Assembly: GCF_030144855.1 (NCBI RefSeq)
Contig: NC_082731.1
Coordinates: forward strand, 23,498,001-23,562,000
Source of the DNA: Hypanus sabinus
Lineage: Eukaryota
Reading direction: 5' to 3'
Length of the DNA stretch: 64,000 nucleotides
Shown: positions 55,724-64,000 of the stretch, in pieces
Numbering within the stretch: the first letter of the stretch is position 1
Layout: the number at the start of each line of letters is the position of its first letter
Program-made: the position numbers and the translations under genes
Notes under the pieces: model-generated
Seen by the model: only the letters and a program-made list of their open reading frames with translations
Databases searched by the model: none
Told to the model about the DNA's origin: nothing

Positions 55724-55739
55724 TCCGTCCCAAGCATTA
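55724..55739 (-). other. D segment (TAATGCTTGGGACGGA; 5' boundary uncertain)
   Basis: Lies between V and J and abuts a perfect 12-RSS; 5' side has only a degenerate heptamer (plus strand CTCAGTA, 55740-55746) and a poor nonamer. Confidence 0.7.
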
Positions 55740-56092
55740 CTCAGTAATACATGCGAATTTCAAATCTGTCGGGGACTCGATGAAAGAATCGAGCAGGAAT
55801 TAGATTCCCAGCAACAGCTTTTTCCATTTCCAAGTGTTCTGAAAAGATTCCTTCTGTAGTTGGCGACAAGAATGTATATTTCTTAATTATCTGTTGACAT
55901 TTATTGACACATCTCAGTATAGGCAAAAACATCTACGCACACGCGAGGTGAGAAATTAAAGACTGTACATGATTAGGAAGAAAATACTGACGGTGAGCTC
56001 GATTGCAGGATGTGTTCATAGCAAGAAAGTAATATGAACCAAACCCGCAAATCCATTCTGCTCTGTTAGACTCAGGAATATGCTACAGCGAA

Positions 56093-56130
56093 AATTTTTG
56101 CACAGCGCAAAGCCGAAACCCATCATTGTG
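56093..56130 (-). other. 22-bp-spacer RSS of the NAR-type V
   Basis: CACAATG (56130-56124), 22 nt, GCAAAAATT (56101-56093). Confidence 0.88.
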
Positions 56131-56424
56131 CTGCTTTCCATTTGTACACAGCTTGACAGTAATAGGTGCCGCTGTCTTCCACTCGCAAATCTCGAATTTC
56201 CAACGAAAACTGCATTTCAGTTTTCTTAATCCAAATAGCAAATCTGCCCCCGCGAGTGACTTCTTTCCGTTCGGCCGCTGAGTTGGTCCGACTAAAGAAT
56301 TTTCCAGTGTGAAAGACATGTGCACCAGATGAACCAGGTTGAAAACTGCAGGTGATGGTGGCAGTCTGACACTCATTCACGTTTATAATGGATGGGTTCT
56401 GAGTCAACGTCTGGCTCAATGAAC
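56131..56424 (-). CDS. IgNAR-like V exon (NAR-TCR V), open frame
   Basis: TCCCAG|GT acceptor; SQTLTQNPSIINVNECQTATITC...RTNSAAERKEVTRGGRF...FSLEIRDLRVEDSGTYYCQAVYKWKA; short C-to-D region lacking CDR2, like IgNAR STNEESISKGGRY. Confidence 0.92.
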
Positions 56425-56559
56425 CTGGGAATAAAGAAAAACTGAGAAAAGTGAGTTGTAGTCACCGACGAACCACAAAAAATATATAAGCGGTTTGAAT
56501 ATTAGAGAGAGCAAATAGATTTAAAATAAACGTATTGTGGATATCTAAAACGTACTCAC

Positions 56560-56602
56560 GCCGTAAGCAGAGCCATAGTGTGAACAAATAGAAGACTCGC
56601 AT
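56560..56602 (-). CDS. Leader exon of the NAR-type V
   Basis: ATG at 56602, MRVFYLFTLWLCLR+C|GTGAGT; 43 nt, phase 1; 135-nt intron to the V exon. Confidence 0.92.
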
Positions 56603-56791
56603 TGTCAACACGTTAATTTGCCGAAGTGACGAAGAGATGGAACTCAAGGCTTGCAGTTTTATGGTAGAATGTACTTCAGTTTGGACAGTGAACTTTCAAC
56701 AACAAGTTTGTTGAGGGACAGTTGTTGCTTTTCAATCTGTTTCGTGTCTTTGAACCGGGTGAGGATGCCCCTCCCATGACTTTCTACCGTT

Positions 56792-56808
56792 CGACGTCTG
56801 TGACGTAG
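56792..56808. promoter_or_regulatory. Possible CRE-like V-promoter elements
   Basis: CGACGTCT and TGACGTAG in tandem ~190 bp upstream of the leader ATG; imperfect matches to TGACGTCA. Confidence 0.25.
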
Positions 56809-57289
56809 GCGGCCTATCAATGGATGCCTGACTCATCTGCTTTGAACCGGACGCTTTTTCAAAAAAAAAAAAAACTATATTTGTTGTTTATTGATGTTGA
56901 AAGTTGTGCCCCGAGCTTTCCTGGTATTTTCAGTTCTTATACATTTGTGATGGAAATCTGTGATCTTGAAGGCAGGCACGCGGGACGAGTTGACATACTC
57001 ACGCTCACCCTAGAATGGCATAGTAAGTCATGCATGCACTAGTCCCTCGTGGTTACTTTACTTCTACAGAATGTGTGGATGGGTTGAAATCTGCTCAAAA
57101 AAAAAAACAATCTAATTGTCTGTGCTTGAATAAGGTATACAACAGGCAACCATAAGTTTTCACATTCGATATCAATTTTGCTATTTGTGTCCAGGGGTCT
57201 GGACAACCTGGGTGTCTGCTTTAGATAAAATGAAGTTGATATTCGCTGTGGAAATGGACAGCGCAAGAGTCCACGGATTGGCAGTAAGT

Positions 57290-57570
57290 TGTGTGGAGGC
57301 ACTTTTACGGAGATGTCCAGGGTTATATTGCATTTTTGTTGTCATGATGATGATGATGATGTTTATTACTATCTTTGTTGTCATTATTATTGAGTGAAGT
57401 TGAGTGGAAGACACTTTTACTGAGATGTCGAGGGTTATATTGTATTATTATTGTCATGGAGATGATGATGATAATGATTATGATGTATTATTATTATTAA
57501 TATTATCATCATCATCATCATCATCATCATCATCGTCATCGTCATCAGTAGTAGTATTAGTAGTAGTTGT
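57290..57570. repeat. ~110-bp tandem duplication plus compound trinucleotide microsatellite (ATG/TAT/CAT/TAG)
   Basis: CACTTTTAC.GAGATGTC.AGGGTTATATTG twice; (ATG)n, (CAT)n and (TAG)n runs. Confidence 0.9.
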
Positions 57571-58959
57571 AAGAGCAGTTGTCTTACTATTCGTGGGGAA
57601 TTACAATGCAAACCTCCTGTAAAATTCTCGGCTACGCAGCAAATGTAGGTAGCGGCAGATAAATTGACATCAAATGAATTGCGGCCATGTCAATAGAGGA
57701 TAAATGGGAGACAAAAGGTATTTGCTGTATGTGGTGAAACGTTAGATGGATCATGAAGTGATTTATATTGGTCTGCACCGCACGGCGCTCTGCTAACTAC
57801 ATGTTATGCTGTACTGTAATATTATCTCTACTCTACCTGAAGAAAACTGGAATTAAAGAGGACACAAGCAATCAAAGAGAAGCTAGGCGCATACACAAGG
57901 CAAATTAAACTAATGATATCGAATGTTAGGCACTGCTCTACAGAGCTATAATAACAAAGCAAAATATTTATTAAATAATGGTGATACTGGAGAAAATATC
58001 ATTATTAAGGAAAAAGTGGAAATGCAAAGTGCCACAGTCGGAAAGGAAGGCTAATTCTCTGTTTTGTTTACATAGTCTTGTACGAGGATTTGTCGAGATT
58101 TTCCGATCAGACTGGGGTTCGCTGAGATCTCACAGAAAATATCCAGAAGAGCTTTAATTTCATTGCATTTCCGCAGTTAAACATTTTTCTTTAATAATCT
58201 TAAGTACTAACTCACTAGCTGTATTGAATTCTCAGCAAATAAATAGGCAAATAATAAATAATTTAATTATACAGTCAATTAATCAACGGGGAATGACTGA
58301 AATAATAAACAAATACATAAGTAAATAAATTCATTATTATTTTAATGAAATATGGGCTAGGCAATGCAATGGACAATAACATATGCGAACTGTTGAAAAT
58401 GGAAATTCATGAAATATGGAATTCAATTGCGGCCAGTCGGAGATCCGAAGCGTGTCAGGTCGTATCTCACTCAAGTTTGCCGATTGAGTACATTCGACAT
58501 CAACTCGCAGCTATTTCATCTTTAAGCCAGAGCTTATCGGAGATACAAAGCGTGAAAAGGCATAGCTTAGACAGTTTCGCCGACAGCAAAAATAAGGCAC
58601 CTGTTCACGTCGATCTTGTGTTTCAAACTGTTGCCAATTGGAGATTGCAATTATGATAAGTCAGAGCTAACTCAAGTTCGCCGATTTGAATGAAATTCTC
58701 GGCATCTTCCTGTTTTGAAAAGCGATATGGATTAATTGACAAGAACAATTTCGACAAAAGTTGAGGTAAGCGGTGCGGCCGTCAGTGGAGTTCACAGTGT
58801 TACAAACGGAACTTGAGGCATTGCTTCTTCGATGTTTCAGATAGATTAGGCGTGATTAGAATAATGCGAAATGTAGTCGCAAATATTTTTCCCCGTAATT
58901 TCTTTATTGTTCTTTTTTAATTCTTTATTTTTGTTCAGAGGAACTATCAATATGCCAGG

Positions 58960-59230
58960 CAGAATACATGATCGCAATACACAGTAAAATTGCAGTATTA
59001 ACTCAACAGTCCCCGCAACATGTATGGGAAACAGAAAGCATTCGGCGTTCCTGGCCGGAATCATTATCGGGACTTTAATAAATGCATGATATCGGAAGAC
59101 TCTGAGTTTTCCAGTATCACTGACGATTGTTCATGGTTAAAATGCAGACAATATCTGTCTCTTAAACTTCGTTTTAAGGAGCTGAAGTTAGACATAGATG
59201 AACGCTGGATTTTTCTAAATGCTGAGGGGG
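58960..59230 (-). pseudogene. Possible highly decayed V relic
   Basis: IVC...Q*Y (TGA TAC, possibly from TGG TAC) and AAT ACT GCA ATT T TAC TGT GTA TTG CGA (NTAI-YCVLR); ACAAAAATA downstream but not at RSS spacing. Confidence 0.25.
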
Positions 59231-59379
59231 TGATAGATTGGGTATAATGATGATGGGTGCACCAAAGTTAAAGGACGCAAGTAAAGTGGTTGACAAGAAA
59301 GAGAAAGGAATTAAACAACCAGCGCAGAGTGTCTTGTGGTAATCTCCCTCAAAAAAAGACATTTTAATTTTCATAATGA

Positions 59380-60830
59380 ATTGAATTGACTTTATTACCG
59401 ATATCGTACATAAGCGTGAGGACATATCTTCACGTTTCATTTCCGTTAAATGTGCAATGTGCAACTTGAAATAATATATCATAAATATGTTGTACAACAG
59501 TACAGTCAAAATAACATACAAATACAATTGTATCTGCATGACTTAATCCATCTGATGGGTTGGTGGAGGAAGTTGTTCCACAGCCTGTGGTTCCTGGACT
59601 TTATGCTGCGGTCACGTTTCCCGCATGGTAGCAGTTGGAACATTTTGTGCTTGAAGTGTCTCGGGATTCTGATGATCGTTCGGGCCCTTTTTTACACGCC
59701 CCTGTTTGCAAATGTCCTGAATAGTGGGGAGGTCACATCTACAGATGCGCTGTCTGCAGAATTCACCGATTGGGGGAAGTACGGTTCCAACACCAGACAG
59801 TGATGCAGCCAGTCAGGGTGCTCTCAGTTGTGCACGAGGAGAGCGTTCTTGGAATTTGGTGGTCAACATTATTCAACCATCTGAGGTGCAAGAGGCGCTG
59901 TTTGTCTTATTCACCACACAAACGTTATGCACTGATCACGGCAGATCTTCAGTGATGTATATGCCAAAGAACATGAGTTTTAAAGATCCATTGATGTTAA
60001 TAGTGGTTAGTTAGTCTGTCTCTATTCTTCCTGTAGTCCTTTTTTTCTCCCTGCGACATTGGGAGAAAATCTGTTTCGTTGACTCCATTGTGTCCTGCTG
60101 GCGCATTCTTCTCTTTCGGCTCCCATATTATTGTTTGAGATTAGGTCAATTAGGGTACCGTCCACAGCAAATTGAATTCGCAGATTGTAGCTCTGGGTAT
60201 GGAGACAATAATTGGTATACAAAAATTAAAGGAAGAGGCTGCGTACACAGACCTAGGGGTGCGTGTGTTGAAGGTCAGAGGAATATTGGCGAGGGTTCCC
60301 ATTCTTATCATCTGCGACGATCTGACAAAAGGTCCAGGATCCCGCTACGTAAGGCAGGGTGACGGCCGAGGTCTCTGATCTTCTTTTCGAAACTGGAGGT
60401 AATTATGGTTTTCAGGGTTGAACCATGTCGAAGAACAATATTTATTCATTAGCATCCCGCTTGTCTGGATGTGTAAGGACGGTGTGTAGAGCTGTGGCTA
60501 TCGCGTCATCTGTTGATCGGTTATGTCGATGGGTGAACTGTACCGGGTTCAGTGTGGGCGGTATCTTGCTGCAGGCGTTTTTCCTGACCACCCAATAAAA
60601 TAGTTTGCTTATTATAGAGCAGAGTTCAGCAGGACGCCAATCGTTCGGACATGATACTTTGGTCATTTTAGGTAGAGGGTCGATGACCACTGTTTCAACT
60701 CTCGACTGCACTCTACATTGGGAGACGGCGAGATTAAATATGATTGTAAACACACCTGTCAGCTGTGCCGCGCACATCTTATGTATCAGCCCTGGGATTC
60801 CGTCCGATCCCACAAATGTACTTACATCAA
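59380..60830 (-). mobile_element. Rex1/Babar-like LINE fragments
   Basis: GSDGIPG...NDWRP...NRSTDDAIATALHTVLTH (ORF 60442-60813); 3' end with a TCAAT-type tail near 59.38 kb. Confidence 0.75.
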
Positions 60831-60979
60831 GATATAGACATCATCACAACATCCTATAAAAAAAAAAACCTCTTTGTTTGTATATCAGGTAGGTTTACAT
60901 CTATAAACTGCAAAACAGGCAGTCATTTAAAAAATAATAACTATTTGTTTTTGAGTGTACCATGCATGTCAGATGTCCA

Positions 60980-62430
60980 AAGGAATGTATTCCACGATTA
61001 ATTTAAGCCAAACAAAATATCTAGGGGCCTTCTCGGTTATCCAACGAAGTAAAATGTTCTTCCTTGCACAAAAAGTCAAAATGCCAAAATGTTCTGTTTT
61101 TTCTGATGTGCATACGACTGCTGGGTAAGCTGAACAGGAAATAGATAGGGTCCAGTTCAAGTTCCACCTTCAGAATATTTTCCATTTCAACTAAAATATC
61201 ACTCCAGTATGTCTGAAGTTTGGGACAATTCCAAAAACAGTAGATGACAGTTCCAGCATTTACTTTACCTTTAGAAAACTTTGGAGAAAACCCTGTCTTA
61301 AATTTCGAGATACGATCTGGAATCAAATGGGCCCAATGCAGAATGTTGAGCTGTAATCCTTTACTTTAATTACAATCTGAAAACTTCGTTGCATTATCAC
61401 AACTGTCTTCCCATGTATCCGCTCTAATTTCTACTCCCAGCTCTTCCTCCCAGAGTATTCACAATTGTTCAACTTTCCCACAAGACCATTCCCTCAGGAT
61501 GCGGTAAAACCTGCTAATGGAGACTTCAATCTTAGAATAAAACACTCTATTTTCAATGAAATCAATGAAGGTTGAAATCAGTTAGCAATGATGCGTTTTT
61601 GTTTTTTCTGGATACAATCTCATATCTGAAGGAAACAATAAAGATCCTTCTTGGGTATGTTAAATTTATGTACTATTTGATTAAAACACATCATCATTAC
61701 TTCATCAATGAAATCTCGTAGATGGCAAATATCCTTAGAAATACCAAGTTTAAATGCAGAAATCATTACGCCTGCCTGAAAATCTGGACTGTCGGCTACT
61801 TCAGTGAAAGGTAATATTTTGCTGAGTTGCCCTCAATTTGTCGCATCGCCCTCCAAGCGCTGACAGTATTGATCGTTACTGAATTACGAGAATACTCCTT
61901 AACAAGTTTCATCTTATTAAGGAAAGGCAAACTATAAGACTGTACATTGCTTGTGAAGCTTCGATGTCAAACCAAATGGAGGAGGGGTCTCTGCAAACCC
62001 AGTCAACCACAAAAGATGAAGAAAAAGAACTTTATTGATATTGTTGATGTCTGGATAGTCCAGATCGCCTTGACTACTGGACAAGCTGTAACCTAGGTAT
62101 TTTAATACTTTTTATTGCTTTTGTTCCATATGAAATAAACAGACACACCATTTATTTCTTTTACACTATGTGCTAGTTGAAATGTCTGGAATCATTAGTA
62201 TTGTGTGGAGCAGAGCAGGACGAATGTTCATTTTGTGCAAGAATGTTCGGCCAAATCATGAAATGGGGAGAATGTTCCTTCCTTCAAGTTCTAGTTTAAT
62301 TGTATCAAATAAACGTTAAGTTAGCTTTCAAAAATTGATCAAAAGTTGGTGGGATAAATATGCCGAGGTAAACAAAACCTGTCTGCAACAATTTAAAGGG
62401 GTAAACAACCCGAGTCTCTGATTTAGTAAA
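60980..62430 (-). mobile_element. L1-clade RT C-terminal fragments
   Basis: GTVIYCFWNCPKLQTYW; FVYLGIFIP. Confidence 0.75.
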
Positions 62431-62439
62431 CTTGAATTT

Positions 62440-64000
62440 ATAGTCTGAAAAGGCTTGCCAGAAGGGTAGTGTTATGGTAATTGTAACGAATTTTAACATG
62501 CCAGTGGATTGGAAAAATAAGGTCGGCACTGAATCTCAAGACAGAAAATTTGTAGATTGTCTACGAGGTGCTTTGTTGAACAGCTTGTTGTTGAGCCTAC
62601 TAGGGCATCTTCTGTACTGGATTAGCTATAGTGCAATGAATCAAAGGTAATTAGGGAGAAGGAAGTGAAGGAACCCTTATGAGGCAGTGATCACCAATTG
62701 ATTGACCAAGAATTGACCAAGTTTAACTGGAAAGTGACACTAGCCGGAAGGACGGCAGAGCAGCAGTGGCTGGAGTTTATGCGAGAAGTGAGGAAGGGGC
62801 AGGTCAGATATATTCCAAAGAAAATGAAAATTTCGAATGGTAAAAGGATGCAACCGTAGCTTACAAGAGAAATCAAAGCCAAACTAAAAGCAAAGCAGAG
62901 GGCATACAAGGAGGCAAAACATATCGAGAAGACAGACCATTGTGATGTTTTTAAACGCATAAAAATGAAACTAAGAGGGTTGTTAAGATGGAAAACATGA
63001 ACTATGATAGGACTCTAGAAAATAATAGCAAAAATGATGCTAAAAACCTTTTCAAGTATATAAAATGTAAGAGACGGCTGAGAGAAAATACAGGGCCGAA
63101 ACAAAATGATGCTGGAGAAAATGTAAAGGCAGATAGGGAGATAAGGAAATAGTGGAGGAACTGAACGAGTATATTATATCATTCTTCACTGGGGAAGACT
63201 TCAGCAATATAAAAGACAGTCAAGGGTGTCAGGGAAGAGAGATCTGCGAAGTCACAGTTACGACAGACAAAGTTCTCAGGAAGCTGAATAGTCTAAGGTT
63301 AGATAAATCTCCTGGACCAGATGGAATGCACTCTCGTGTTCTGAAAGGAAGCAACAGTGGTTATTGTGGAGAGATTAGTAATGATCTTCCAAAAGTTAAT
63401 AGATTTTGGCCTGTTTCCCAAGGACTGGGAGTTTGCAAAATTCACTCCGCTATTTATGAAGGGGGCAAGGAAGCAAAGATAAAACGATGGACCTGTTAGC
63501 TTCACATCGATGGTTGAGAAGTTGTTGGAGTCGATTGTCAAGTATGAGGTTACTGAATTCCTGGAGGCATATGTCAAGATAGGCAGAACCAGAATGGTTT
63601 CCTTAAAGGAAAATCCTGCCAGACAAACCTAGTGCAATTTGTTGAAGAAATAGCAAGTAGGCTAGACAAGGGAGATGTAGTCGATGTTGTGTATTTTGAT
63701 TTTCAGAAGCCCTTTGGCAAGGTGTGGTACATGAGGCTGCTAAAAATTATAAGAGCCCATGGAATTACAATAAAGTTACTTACGTGGATAGAACGTTGGT
63801 TTATTGGCAGCAAACAGAGAGTGGGAATAAAGGGATCCCATTCTGGTTGGCTGCCGGTTATCAAAGCTGCTCCGCAGGGGTCCGTGTGGCGGCTGCTTCT
63901 TTTTTACGTTGTTTATCAAAGATTTGGTTTATCCATGCAAGCGTAGTCTCCAGCCCCTTGGTATGAACTTCGAATTCTCCAACTTCCAGTAATTCCCTCG
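62440..64000 (+). mobile_element. CR1 ORF2 fragment running off the window end
   Basis: DKSPGPDGMHSRVLK; VYFDFQKPFGKV; PQGSV. Confidence 0.88.

Noticed and set aside
57185-57622. ORFs with poly-Met, poly-Ser and poly-Ile
   Set aside because: Microsatellite translations.
1-64000. CRISPR arrays, rRNA genes or prokaryotic systems
   Set aside because: No repeat-spacer arrays or rRNA-like sequence seen; the window is eukaryotic.

Overview
Vertebrate genomic DNA, most likely from a cartilaginous fish (inferred from the NAR-type V and J segments). Most of the window is nested, decayed retroelements: L1, CR1, Rex1-like and Gypsy LTR elements plus a tRNA-derived SINE. There are three assembly gaps. 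The main host feature is a minus-strand antigen-receptor cassette at ~53.3-56.6 kb with the architecture of a doubly rearranging NAR-TCR cassette of the TCR-delta locus. Its order is leader, IgNAR-like V (no CDR2, extra FR1 Cys), 22-RSS, D with a 3' 12-RSS, 23-RSS, NAR-type J (DGTGT), intron, supporting TCR-delta-like V (CDR1 Cys), 23-RSS. The NAR V and J look intact. The D 5' RSS is degenerate, and the supporting V carries a stop codon and a frameshift. Unexpected details are an orphan near-consensus 23-RSS 22 nt behind the supporting V's own RSS and an in-frame ATG/vestigial leader just ahead of the supporting V. Notable mobile elements are a Gmr1-like Gypsy with a SCAN-like gag (PR-INT-RT order), a twin-priming-type L1 whose entire 5' part is inverted, and a full-length L1 with an 11-bp TSD. 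No D-delta, J-delta or C exon was recognised in the window. All calls are by eye; repeat boundaries are approximate.
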